The position numbers and the translations under genes were made by a program. A DNA stretch of 64,000 bases, taken from Longimicrobiales bacterium (lineage in GTDB: Bacteria > Gemmatimonadota > Gemmatimonadetes > Longimicrobiales > Gaopeijiaceae). Shown one piece after another: positions 31,602-42,233 of this stretch. Position 1 is the stretch's first letter. Every line of letters starts with the position of its first letter. The notes under the pieces are model-generated. The model saw nothing but the letters and a program-made list of their open reading frames with translations, did no database searches and had not been told where the DNA came from. The stretch is taken from the NCBI GenBank assembly GCA_965248195.1, contig CBDFIQ010000002.1:1920001-1984000 (forward strand), read 5' to 3'.

Positions 31602-33092
31602 GTGAACATCGACGTGAGAAGGGCGCTGCGGCGTTCGTTCGGCTGGTACCTCCGTGGCGTACATCGAGCCGCCCTGCCCCGGCTGGTCGATGTTGACCAC
31701 GAACAGCGTCGTTTGAACATACTGCGCATCTATGTGGGGCTGGTGGCGCTGATCCGCACCGTACTCATCGTGTATGCGGCTCGTTTCTACTTCGTGGATC
31801 CGACGACAGGTGCGTTGCCTACGCCCTTCGTCTTCTGGTCGACGGTAGAGCTCGGTCTGCTCGGCATGTTTACCCTGGGGATCTGCACTCCACTGGCGAC
31901 CCTGGGACTGGTCGCCACATACTTGACCGTTTTCGAGCCCCTCATGCGGAGCTTCACTCTCGGGACCCTGATTCTCCAGTCCATCTGGATCTGCTTTCTG
32001 TTCGCAAACGTGGGGGCGCGCTTCTCAGTCGATGAGTGGGTGAGGCAGCGTACCGGCAGCTTCAGCAGAGTCTTGCGAGGGTCGTATCGGATCGTCGGTT
32101 TTCCCAGTGCAGATACGCTTACGGTGCTGTATTCGTTCGTCTTCTTGAACTTCGCGTTATTGAGTCTCGCCGCAGTGCTCTTCCATCTCGACGATCCCTT
32201 TTGGCTCGGCGGTCACACAGTGGGCGTGATGTTACAGGATTCCTATTTCAATCCCCACTTCGAAATCTTCCGGACGGCCGCCGATGCGGCCCCCGTGCCC
32301 TGGCGCATGTTCAGCGTCACCGGGGTGGTGTTTCAGACGATCTTTCAGCTCTTTATGATCCCGCTGATATTCCTGCAATTGGGACGGCGGTTCGTGATTT
32401 GGTGGGGACTGAACTTCATCATCGTTTCCCTCTTGTTTTTGAGGCTCTCGTATCTACCGTTCATCGAGCTGGCGATTTGGACAATGTTGTTTCTCCCGCG
32501 CCCCAAGAAGCAAATCGCGGAACCCGCGCCGGCGCCAGTCTCGGTGTTACATATGGGTTACGTGGCATGGTGGCTTCTCATCTGCGTTCTTTTCCTGCTA
32601 CAAACCTCTGTACCTGGCTTGGGTCGCATCACGGACCATGTCGGCCTCTCTCGGTGGCGGCCGGAGGTCTTCTTGCGTAGCCACGGCCTGCAGTCACCCA
32701 ACGTGTTTAATCGAACCGACCTGTCGATGTCGGAACACTGGCCGGTTCTGTATCGGTATTCCGATTCGGGCGAGCCCGAGCTCGTACCGTTCAACGGTCC
32801 TGACGGCGAGCGTCTCGCCTATCACCGTTATGACGAATTGTATTTTGGTAACAGCGTGAGGTGGCGAAGGGGCATGATCGATCAGGATATCCGCTCCACA
32901 CATCAGCCCGGCAGATTAGGATACGAGCTCATCGCACGTGTCTTGCTCTTTGATCGCAGGCTTCAGGGTTTCGAGGCACCGGTGCGTTATAGGGTCGATA
33001 TCATGGAGAGCCAGTCGACCGAGGTGGCACTTCCCCACAGCGAGCGATTCGGGGTCCGGCAGTTGTTCAGCTACGAGGTTTTGGTGCCCTGA
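31602..33092 (+). CDS. Membrane protein, HTTM-like
   Basis: Multiple TM helices, FSVD and FWLGG segments resembling HTTM proteins, soluble C-terminal domain. Confidence 0.55.
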   Translation: MNIDVRRALRRSFGWYLRGVHRAALPRLVDVDHEQRRLNILRIYVGLVALIRTVLIVYAARFYFVDPTTGALPTPFVFWSTVELGLLGMFTLGICTPLATLGLVATYLTVFEPLMRSFTLGTLILQSIWICFLFANVGARFSVDEWVRQRTGSFSRVLRGSYRIVGFPSADTLTVLYSFVFLNFALLSLAAVLFHLDDPFWLGGHTVGVMLQDSYFNPHFEIFRTAADAAPVPWRMFSVTGVVFQTIFQLFMIPLIFLQLGRRFVIWWGLNFIIVSLLFLRLSYLPFIELAIWTMLFLPRPKKQIAEPAPAPVSVLHMGYVAWWLLICVLFLLQTSVPGLGRITDHVGLSRWRPEVFLRSHGLQSPNVFNRTDLSMSEHWPVLYRYSDSGEPELVPFNGPDGERLAYHRYDELYFGNSVRWRRGMIDQDIRSTHQPGRLGYELIARVLLFDRRLQGFEAPVRYRVDIMESQSTEVALPHSERFGVRQLFSYEVLVP

Positions 33093-33116
33093 GCGCGGAA
33101 CCATCACCGCCATCAT

Positions 33117-33169
33117 CCTTTTCGCTTTCTTATCCGTGGGTCATGCACAAGGGCGGCGATTGGAAAATG
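33117..33169 (+). repeat. 53-bp copy of 31063-31115
   Basis: CCTTTTCGCTTTCTTATCCGTGGGTCATG...GGGCGGCGATTGGAAAATG, 2 mismatches. Confidence 0.9.
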
Positions 33170-33200
33170 CCCGGGGATCCACTGCATGCTGAGGCTCCTC

Positions 33201-34985
33201 TCAGCTCTCCTCAGCCGGACACTCCATGATCAAGTGCGTGTAGGGGATGCGCAGGTCAAGTCCCGATTTGTGTGTAAAAGCGGAGGAAGCTCCTCGCCTT
33301 CGGCTAGGCTGCTTGGGCGACCTCCTGTTTCTGGAGGAGTGAGAGGTCGAGGTAACGCCGGTCGCCCCAGACGTGTGTGGTCCTGAGTGCGACGGCCGTG
33401 ATGAGCCTGAGGGCGCTGGCCCGGTCCGGGAAGGCGCCGGCGGCCTTGATCCTGCGTTTGATCTCGCCGTGCAGCCGCTCGAGGCTGTTGGTGGTACGCA
33501 GCCGGGGCCAGTGCGCCTCGGGGAACGCGTAGAACTGCGTCGCTGCCCCGAAGCCCCGCTCCAGGACCTCCACGGCCTCGGGCAGCTCCTTCTTCCAGCG
33601 TGCGCCGAACTCGCCCAGGAGCTTCTTCGCCTCGGCGAGTCCGGATGTCTGGAAGATCACCGAGACCTCACGCGCCACGCGCTTGCGTAGGCGGTGGGGG
33701 ACCCTCGCCCCCACATTACGCTGCAGATGGACCGTACACCTCTGACGGCGTGCCTCGGGCAGGAAGCGGCGGACCGCAGCTGCCAGGCCTGCGTGCTCAT
33801 CGGCGATCACGAGCTCGACACCGCCGAGGCCGCGGTCCTGGAGTTGCTCGAGGAGCTCCGACCAGCTCTGCTGCGACTCCTCAGCGCCCAGCGTGACGGC
33901 CAGGAGCCGTCGGTGACCCTCAGGGCCCACTGCATACGCCACGAGCGCACTCACGTTCTCGACTTTGCGGGCCCAGCGGGCGTCCAAGAACGTGGCGTCC
34001 AGGTACAGATAGGGGTGAGGCCCCTCGATCGGCGCACGGCGCAGCCCTTCCACGGCCTCGTCGAGCCGTTTTGCCACACGACTCACCGTCGAGCGCCCAA
34101 CACGCTCGCCCATCAGCGCCTCGGTGACGTCGCCCATCTTGCGCTGTGACACGCCGCTCACATACGCCTCGACCATCATCTCGTCGAGCTCGGGGCTCCT
34201 GCGCTGGTAGCGGCCGATCACGTCGGCCGGCGAACCGTTGTCCCGGCTCCGGGGCATGGCGACCTCGATCTGCCCCAGGCTCGTCAGCAGCCGCCTCAGG
34301 TATGTGCCGTTCCTATGGTCCTTCCGGCTTCCCACCCGCTCGAAGCGGCGTGCACCTACCATGGCCTTCAGCTCCTCTTCCAGCACCATCTCGAGCGTCA
34401 GCCGGATCGCGCCTTGAAACAGCTCGCGCAAATCATCGCGTAGCTCGTCTTGCGTGGCCCGACCGATCTCCACAATCTCTTGCATCGGAAGCTCCTCTCC
34501 GGTTCCGAGCCTGCTCTGCAGACCCGGACTCCCGGGTTCATGTGACAGTGAACAACAACAGAGGAGCTTCCGTTTTTCTTTCCCTCCTGTCCAGCTTATC
34601 CGCTTTTACACAAATCTAGGGACACTACCGGATGCGCAGCAGATCGTGTCTCAGGTGGAAGACCGCGGAGGGGAAAACGGGCGTGACCAGATGGCGCCAC
34701 GCCTCCAGTGATCTCACGTGCTGGCCCCGGTCTTTGTCGGCGAGATAACGAGCCAAGCGGGACTGATCGTCGGTGTAGCAGGGATCCAGCGTCACCAGCC
34801 GGCCCGTGGGCTTCAGGCCGCGACGGGCGAGGCTCATGAACTCCCCTGCTTGGTCGTCGTCGAGGTGATGAAGCACGCCCCAGGCGAGAACCAGATCGTA
34901 GTGCGCCTCCTCGGTCATGGTCTCCTCACCGAGGGGGCCGAGCCGGAACGTCGCCCGACCCCCGAAGCGGCTCCGCGCCTCGGCA
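33201..34985 (-). pseudogene. Methyltransferase remnant, 5'-truncated and interrupted by IS256 copy 1
   Basis: YDLVLAWGVLHHLDD...LKPTGRL. Rejoins across the IS as LLRIPYTHLIMECPAEES*. SAM motif I is missing. Confidence 0.85.
33254..34629 (-). mobile_element. IS256-family element, copy 1 (1376 bp; transposase 33304-34485)
   Basis: RNGTY, YVSGVSQRK, YLYLDAT, QRCTVH and RTTNSLER motifs; imperfect IRs; 9-bp TSD GGATGCGCA. Confidence 0.96.
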
Positions 34986-35179
34986 GAGTACAGATGATGT
35001 GAATCACGGCAAGAAATCGTCTAAGTTCAACCAGGACTGCGCGATCTGCCGCACTTGCCGTTAGACCATATCTAATTCCACCGTACAGAAATGGTGGGAA
35101 AACAGCATCAAACAGCGGGAATCCGGGCCTAGTGGCATGAGCGCACGTGTCGACTTCGATGCAGAACTAATCACGGGTG

Positions 35180-35520
35180 GAACTTTCTCGACCCGGACGG
35201 CCCGGTCCGCCAGGTACACCCGGCCCCCCTGCCGCCCGTGGTACGCCGCGCGCCCGATCACGTCGATGATCTGATCCAGCGCTCCGCCCGCCAGCGCGAA
35301 GACGTTGACCAGCGGGAGCAGGTGTTCGCGGCCGTCGGTGGCCAGCAACTCCCTGAGGCCTGCCTTGTCCGGCTGGGCCCCCTTCTCGTAGCTTTTCCTC
35401 ATCGTGGTGGTCTCCCTGTTGGGGTTTTCTCTGCCTGATTCCCAATCTGGAATCAAGCCCCCGGGAGCCACCACGGTTCTTTTCCCCTCCGGCAAACCTC
35501 CAACTATTCCTGGGACACCC
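35180..35520 (-). mobile_element. Remnant of a different IS256-like element
   Basis: Short internally deleted transposase-like N-terminus (MRKSYEK...IDVIGRAA/YHGRQGGRVYLADRAVRVEK) behind an IR-like end GGGTGTCCCAGGAATAGTTGG. Confidence 0.5.
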
Positions 35521-35557
35521 TCTGCGGACACTGTAGTAACGAGATGACCCGAAGCCC

Positions 35558-38327
35558 CTATGTGAACTGACTACAGAGATTATCCAATAGGCGTAGGGAG
35601 CGAGCAAGTCTGCCGCAGAGATCGTTGATGTGATCGTAGGGCGAACCGTACGTCCGAATTAAGGTCGCTCGGATCCGCTGAGCCTGCGAACCGGCAGAGT
35701 GCGCAACCAGTTTGGAACGAAGCCGCTGTAGGTCCCGCAAGGGCTCAATGGCTTCGGCAACAACCTCCGAGGGGACGTCCGCCGTCGTGAGAACTTCCTC
35801 AGCACACCGAATGGAACCCCATAGCGCGACCTCTTCCGATGGCCGATGCTTCAGCCTCTTGGCGAAGAACTGCTTCTGCAGCCCTTCGTTGACGATCTTC
35901 GCGAGCTTTCCTATTGCGTCGTCCCAACTCTGATTCGCCTCAGTTAGCGGGAGGTGAAGTCGATTGAGGAGATCAGGTTCGCGCAACTTGAACCCCTCTC
36001 TGCCAACGTACGTGAGACACGGAGCACGCAAAGAATTAGAGTAGGGCGAAGGCAGAGAAAACGAACATGTTGGGACTGCGAGAGAGAATGGAAGAGAATG
36101 GTAGTGCCCCTGGAATCGGGGAGGCCAAGCGAAGCGCGGCAGCTCCTGCGGACCCGGAGGTAGTAGATAGGCCGCTACGCCGGCGGTTCAGTCCATCGTA
36201 CAAGCTGCGGATCGTCGAAGAAGCGGACCGGTGCACCGAGCCCGGCGAGGTGGGTCAGCTCCTGCGGCGCGAGGGCCTGTACTCGTCGCACCTGACGACG
36301 TGGCGCAAGGCGGCGCATAGCGGGTCGCTGAAGGCCCTGTCGAAGAAACGCGGCCGCAAGCCGGAGCGGAATCCGCTGGATGAGAAGGTACGCAAGCTGG
36401 AGCGGCAAAACGCACGGCTCGAGAATGAGCTCAGGAAGGCACACCTGATCATCGACGTGCAGGGAAAAGTTGCGGGGCTGCTGGGGATAAGCCTCGACGA
36501 CGGGACGAACTCTTGAAGGCGGCCGATGAGCTGGCTAAGCACGTCGGTGTAAAACCGGCGTGCGCGGCTCTCGAGGTCTCCCGATCGACGTTCTACCGTC
36601 GTCGAGGCCCATCGACCGGGCAACGGCAGCCCCGCCCGACGCCCGCCCGGGCATTGAGCGAGACGGAACGAGGCGAGGTCTTCGACACGCTGTGTTCGGA
36701 GCGGTTCGTGGACCGCTCACCCGCCGAGGTGGTGGCCACGCTGCTCGACGAAGAGGTCTACCTGTGCAGCGAACGCACGATGTATCGTGTTCTGGCCTCC
36801 GAGGTGCCGGTTCAGGAACGCCGGGCGCAGCGCACCCATCCCGAGTACAAGAAGCCCGAGTTGATGGCCACGGCGCCGAACCAGGTGTGGTCCTGGGATA
36901 TCACGCGGCTACTCGGGCCGAAGAAGTGGAGCTATTACTACCTCTACGTCATCATGGACATCTACAGCCGCTACGTCGTGGGCTGGATGGTGGCGGACCG
37001 GGAGAACTCGGCCCTGGCCGGCCGGTTGATCCAGCAGAGCTGCCTGAAGCATGGCGTCCAGCCCCGGGTCCTGACCCTGCACTCGGATCGGGGAGCTCCA
37101 ATGACGAGCCAATGCACCGCTCAACTTCTCGCTGACCTCGGCGTGACTCGCTCGTTGAGCCGGCCTCAGGTGTCGGATGACAACCCGTTTTCCGAGGCTC
37201 AGTTCAAAACCTTGAAGTACCATCCCTCGTTTCCCGGGCGGTTCGGGGATCAGGGCCAGGCCAAGACGTTGTGTCGATCGTTCTTCCGCTGGTACAATGC
37301 CGAGCACCGCCATGGCGGTATCTCGATGCTAACCCCCGAGCAGGTCCACTTCGGGAACGCCGATCAGGTCATTGCCGGCAGGAAATCCGTGCTCCGCGAA
37401 GCATGGGCCGCTCATCCCGAACGCTTCGTCACAGGTGTGCCGAAGCCCAAACCGCTCCCGGAGGCCGTCTACATCAATCCTCCCATCCCTTCCCTCACCA
37501 CACAGGATATTGCTCTCTAATTAATCCCGTAGAGTGTCCCATTGTCGTTGACAGGTTCCGAACCATCCAACACCTCTTGCTTCCAAGTCCCTCGCAGTGT
37601 CCTTGATGTCACGTAGGCGATTCTCTTCACGCAGCCAATCCCCCTCGAAATCGGTATCGTAGGCGCTTTGCGGAATGCCAGCCTGTGGAGGCTCATTAAA
37701 TGACTTCCAGTATACCTGCTCCGAGTGGGGAAGATCCCCAAGGTAGGTCACATAAGTATATATCTGTTGTGCGTTGTTTACCCGATAGACCTTGAGATGC
37801 CATGCATTCCGGCACGATATGGACTGGTCGTCTACAGAATACTTGTCTGAGTCTGCAAGGTATCTGTTGAGGACGTCTGGCTTAAAAAACGTGGGGGAAA
37901 CTTGGTACGGTAAGGACGAAGGAGGATCGAAGTACGACGCAAGGCGATCCGGGTTACAGCTAGCGGGCACCAGCGTGCATTTCGTGTGGTCCAACAGTAT
38001 TCGTGGGTTAGGCCTCCGGCCAGGAGTGCCACTATTGCGCCAATCAGCAACAACGTAGGACTCATATCGTTTAGGTTGCGTTTTCTGTTCGACCAGGGCG
38101 GCACCTAGTTCTTCGGCAGTGTTGCTCGGTAGTAATACTTGGAGCCCGCGAATATAGCTTTGATGTTGAGGCTCAATGTGGGCGCGATAGTGCAGGTTGT
38201 GCTGGCGATCGTTAACCACGTGAGCGCTGCCTACCCAGCCCTCAAAAGCCTTGGTGATGCAGGTCGAGTCGAACATCTGCACGACGGCGGAGTTTGCAGC
38301 AGACATATGGACTTCGACATCTCTCAA
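35558..38327 (-). pseudogene. Hypothetical protein with C-terminal HEPN-like RxxxxxH motif, interrupted by IS3 copy 2
   Basis: Removing the IS and one AAC copy gives ...ARGVGWFKLREPDLL... in frame (about 400 codons). LRSKLVAH lies near the end. Confidence 0.8.
35994..37560 (+). mobile_element. IS3-family element, copy 2 (1567 bp; orfA 36067-36516, orfB 36513-37520)
   Basis: Proteins identical to copy 1; AAC direct repeats at 35991-35993 and 37561-37563. Confidence 0.96.
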
Positions 38328-38389
38328 TTAGCTCCGGCGAGGGCGGCTGGCCACCGTCCTCTCTCGTGGTCAACTGTCAGGTGAATACC

Positions 38390-38578
38390 GTCTCAGCACA
38401 CACGTCGCCATTCCACGATGCCGGGATCGAGAACGATCTCCGTATCTACGATGAGGGAAACCACGGGTTCTGGCTCCACGTCGACCAGGATCCGGAGCTT
38501 CGAAGCGAGCCGGCACTGGACGCGTGGCAGCGCCTGATGGCGTACCTGGACCGAACCGCGGTAGCCGCCTGGAGATGA
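38390..38578 (+). pseudogene. C-terminal fragment of a dienelactone-hydrolase-like alpha/beta hydrolase
   Basis: IYDEGNHGF...ALDAWQRLMAYLDR, with no N-terminal part. Confidence 0.7.
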
Positions 38579-38583
38579 CGGGA

Positions 38584-39959
38584 GGTAGTGTCCCTAGATT
38601 TGTGTAAAAACGGATAAGCTGGACAGGAGGGAAAGAAAAACGGAAGCTCCTCTGTTGTTGTTCACTGTCACATGAACCCGGGAGTCCGGGTCTGCAGAGC
38701 AGGCTCGGAACCGGAGAGGAGCTTCCGATGCAAGAGATTGTGGAGATCGGTCGGGCCACGCAAGACGAGCTACGCGATGATTTGCGCGAGCTGTTTCAAG
38801 GCGCGATCCGGCTGACGCTCGAGATGGTGCTGGAAGAGGAGCTGAAGGCCATGGTAGGTGCACGCCGCTTCGAGCGGGTGGGAAGCCGGAAGGACCATAG
38901 GAACGGCACATACCTGAGGCGGCTGCTGACGAGCCTGGGGCAGATCGAGGTCGCCATGCCCCGGAGCCGGGACAACGGTTCGCCGGCCGACGTGATCGGC
39001 CGCTACCAGCGCAGGAGCCCCGAGCTCGACGAGATGATGGTCGAGGCGTATGTGAGCGGCGTGTCACAGCGCAAGATGGGCGACGTCACCGAGGCGCTGA
39101 TGGGCGAGCGTGTTGGGCGCTCGACGGTGAGTCGTGTGGCAAAACGGCTCGACGAGGCCGTGGAAGGGCTGCGCCGTGCGCCGATCGAGGGGCCTCACCC
39201 CTATCTGTACCTGGACGCCACGTTCTTGGACGCCCGCTGGGCCCGCAAAGTCGAGAACGTGAGTGCGCTCGTGGCGTATGCAGTGGGCCCTGAGGGTCAC
39301 CGACGGCTCCTGGCCGTCACGCTGGGCGCTGAGGAGTCGCAGCAGAGCTGGTCGGAGCTCCTCGAGCAACTCCAGGACCGCGGCCTCGGCGGTGTCGAGC
39401 TCGTGATCGCCGATGAGCACGCAGGCCTGGCAGCTGCGGTCCGCCGCTTCCTGCCCGAGGCACGCCGTCAGAGGTGTACGGTCCATCTGCAGCGTAATGT
39501 GGGGGCGAGGGTCCCCCACCGCCTACGCAAGCGCGTGGCGCGTGAGGTCTCGGTGATCTTCCAGACATCCGGACTCGCCGAGGCGAAGAAGCTCCTGGGC
39601 GAGTTCGGCGCACGCTGGAAGAAGGAGCTGCCCGAGGCCGTGGAGGTCCTGGAGCGGGGCTTCGGGGCAGCGACGCAGTTCTACGCGTTCCCCGAGGCGC
39701 ACTGGCCCCGGCTGCGTACCACCAACAGCCTCGAGCGGCTGCACGGCGAGATCAAACGCAGGATCAAGGCCGCCGGCGCCTTCCCGGACCGGGCCAGCGC
39801 CCTCAGGCTCATCACGGCCGTCGCACTCAGGACCACACACGTCTGGGGCGACCGGCGTTACCTCGACCTCTCACTCCTCCAGAAACAGGAGGTCGCCCAA
39901 GCAGCCTAGCCGAAGGCGAGGAGCTTCCTCCGCTTTTACACACAAATCGGGACTTGACC
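38584..39959 (+). mobile_element. IS256-family element, copy 2 (1376 bp; transposase 38728-39909)
   Basis: Transposase identical to copy 1 and same IRs; flanks do not form a TSD. Confidence 0.96.
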
Positions 39960-39967
39960 CTGAGGCG

Positions 39968-41413
39968 CTAGGGTAGCATAGCCCGAAGTACCCTGAGTCT
40001 GCCTCTCACGCGTTTGGTGCCTGTAACGACCGAGCCGTGGGAGGTGGGTTCGGGGTTGTCCACCATGGCCCGAATCTCGTCGGCTTCGAAGATGAGCCGT
40101 CCGAGTTTATGGGCTTCAGCGAGACGGAGTGCTTCGTCCGCGGCTTTCCGAGCACGATCCGCCCGACGGAGAATCAGTTCGTCCCGAGCGCGATCCAGCA
40201 AGAGTTGGGTCCACACCTCAACTTGTATACTGGCACTAGCGGACTTAAGGATCTTTGTCGCTCCCCTGTACGTTTCCACGTCGTTACGTCGGGCGGCCAC
40301 CTGGGCCAACCCGCTCGTGGCCGTAGCTCGGACGTCGATGTCCCTCTGGCCCGAACCCAACACGATCTCATAGGCATCTTCCGCAGCGCCCAGATCACCG
40401 CATTCGAGCAGTACGTTTCCCAGCACGACTAGCGTGCCAAAGCGGTCGACGTGATCTACTGGGTAGGCGTCGTACGCCAACAACCCGAACTTGGCGGCGG
40501 GAGCTAATGACCCCACTTCCTGTTCCACCAGCATCAGCCCGAAGTAAGCCAGCGGAATACCCAGCGCTCCTGGCGGCGCAATTCTGAGGGCTTCTTCGTA
40601 TGTGGTCCGAGCCAGCGGCATGTTTCCCTGCATCCGGTGGACACTCCCCCGTCCGGTGAGGATAGCCGCCGCCAAGCTCTGGTCCGTCAGTTTCCGGGCT
40701 GCCCCTTCCGCGACCTTGTACGCTGCCAACGCATCCTCGAGGCGCCCCAGCCTCCGTAGCGCCCGGGCTTGGTACCATGCCGCGCGCACCCCATTCTCAG
40801 CCAAGCCCATCGCTAGACACGCCGAAGCCGCGACCTCATAGAGATTCAGGGCGCTTTCGTAGTTGCCGGACGCCTCACATTCCTCTGCTTGGGCAAACAG
40901 GGTGCCTGTGGTTTCTCTCTGATCCCACAGCGACGCGTCCTCTGTGTCGATCAATACGCTGATGGCTACGTAGCGCGACTCGTGGAAGAGTTGTCCCACA
41001 TCTCGGCCGAGGTTCAGCTGCCGGACGCCCGAGAGAACCAAGGACCACCGGCGACCATGCTTCGCCGCGATCATGTAAGCGAGACTCTTCCTCGGGCGTG
41101 CCCGCCCGGTGCCGACAGTGCCCTCAAAGGCGGCGGCCAATCCCCGAGCCGCGAGGTCTGCGCCGAACGTCACACGCGGTTCATCCCTGACGGCATCGAC
41201 CACGATATGAGGGAACGGTCCGGCCGATCCATCAATGGGTGACCACACGAGGGCGCAGCGATCCGCGCGTGTAGCTTCTAGGAGTTCGACCAACTGCGGG
41301 ACAAGACGCCCGCGAACGGGGTCCATCGAGTATAGAGCCTGCGCGTCGCGCATACGCCTCTCACGTTCTGGGCCGGGAAGGAAAGTTCGAATATCAATAA
41401 CATCACGCGACAT
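39968..41413 (-). CDS. Tetratricopeptide-repeat protein
   Basis: Several TPR-like helical units in the C-terminal two thirds (e.g. ARALRRLGRLEDALAAY, GSVHRMQGNMPLARTTYEEAL). Confidence 0.75.
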   Translation of the reverse strand: MSRDVIDIRTFLPGPERERRMRDAQALYSMDPVRGRLVPQLVELLEATRADRCALVWSPIDGSAGPFPHIVVDAVRDEPRVTFGADLAARGLAAAFEGTVGTGRARPRKSLAYMIAAKHGRRWSLVLSGVRQLNLGRDVGQLFHESRYVAISVLIDTEDASLWDQRETTGTLFAQAEECEASGNYESALNLYEVAASACLAMGLAENGVRAAWYQARALRRLGRLEDALAAYKVAEGAARKLTDQSLAAAILTGRGSVHRMQGNMPLARTTYEEALRIAPPGALGIPLAYFGLMLVEQEVGSLAPAAKFGLLAYDAYPVDHVDRFGTLVVLGNVLLECGDLGAAEDAYEIVLGSGQRDIDVRATATSGLAQVAARRNDVETYRGATKILKSASASIQVEVWTQLLLDRARDELILRRADRARKAADEALRLAEAHKLGRLIFEADEIRAMVDNPEPTSHGSVVTGTKRVRGRLRVLRAMLP

Positions 41414-41609
41414 GCATGATCCCGCACGGAGACCCCTCGTCGGTCGGCAATCTAGGGCCGCACGAAAATTACGCTAGTGTCGGTGCGTTTGTAATAATTT
41501 TAGTCGCGGCCCCGTTTCTTGGGCATGGAGTACCGGTCGGCATACAATCGTCGCGGGTCACTTGGTTTCACCGCCCGCTATCCCCACGAGCGGCCAAACG
41601 GAGGACCCC

Positions 41610-41725
41610 ATGATCCGAGCCATTGGATTCTTAGCAGCATTATTCGTGCCGCTCATTTCCGCGGCTCAGGCCGCCGAGATGTTAAGAACAGAGTTGGCCA
41701 AGTGCGCCGTCGTGGACGGTGAAAG
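41610..41725 (+). pseudogene. N-terminal fragment of a secreted protein
   Basis: GGAGG RBS, then signal peptide MIRAIGFLAALFVPLISAAQA and ELAKCAVVDG, after which the sequence no longer looks coding. Confidence 0.45.
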
Positions 41726-41970
41726 TTCCGGAGCCCACCCGGGGGCAGGACTCCTCCCTCTCCCGGCCTACCCCGCCAACGTCTCGGATTCTTGCCGCAA
41801 GCCGTTCAGCTATCTCCCGATCTTCGGTCCTGGATCGCCCCCAAAATTGCCCAGGTTGGGACGATCTCGGAGGCGGAAATGGACGCCGAAGGAGACCGGA
41901 AAAAGGACCTCTCAGAGAAGACCCGTGAAGAGATCCAGGACGACCTCGACAACAAGAGGCTTTGGTCACC

Positions 41971-42192
41971 CTAGCTCTCGATCACAAACAGGGGATCGCC
42001 CCCCCCGATCTCCTCACCGACAGAGATATAGACCTCTTTGATCGTGCCGCTCGCCGGGGCCATGATAGGCATCTCCATCTTCAAGGCCTCGATGTCGCAC
42101 ATGCGGTCTCTCTCCTCGACTTGGCTCCCCTTTTCGACATGAACCCGGATCACCCTTCCCCTCATGGGGGCCTTCACAATCTGTTCAGCCAT
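41971..42192 (-). CDS. Stand-alone biotin carboxyl carrier protein
   Basis: APMRG...IEALKMEMPIMAPASG biotinyl-domain pattern. Confidence 0.9.
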   Translation of the reverse strand: MAEQIVKAPMRGRVIRVHVEKGSQVEERDRMCDIEALKMEMPIMAPASGTIKEVYISVGEEIGGGDPLFVIES

Positions 42193-42233
42193 CCCCTCTC
42201 ACACTATAAGCATCACCCGCTAAACGAAGACGC

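Noticed and set aside
31063..33169. Repeat pair as a diversity-generating retroelement TR/VR
   Set aside because: Only 53 bp with 2 mismatches that are not consistently at adenines, and no reverse transcriptase in the window.
35018..35067. Integron attC-like site (GTCTAA...GTTAGAC)
   Set aside because: Too short, imperfect, single copy, and no integron integrase.
41725..41960. Possible IS end or transposase tail near TTGCCCAGGTTGGG
   Set aside because: No partner repeat or recognisable transposase motif; cannot be supported.
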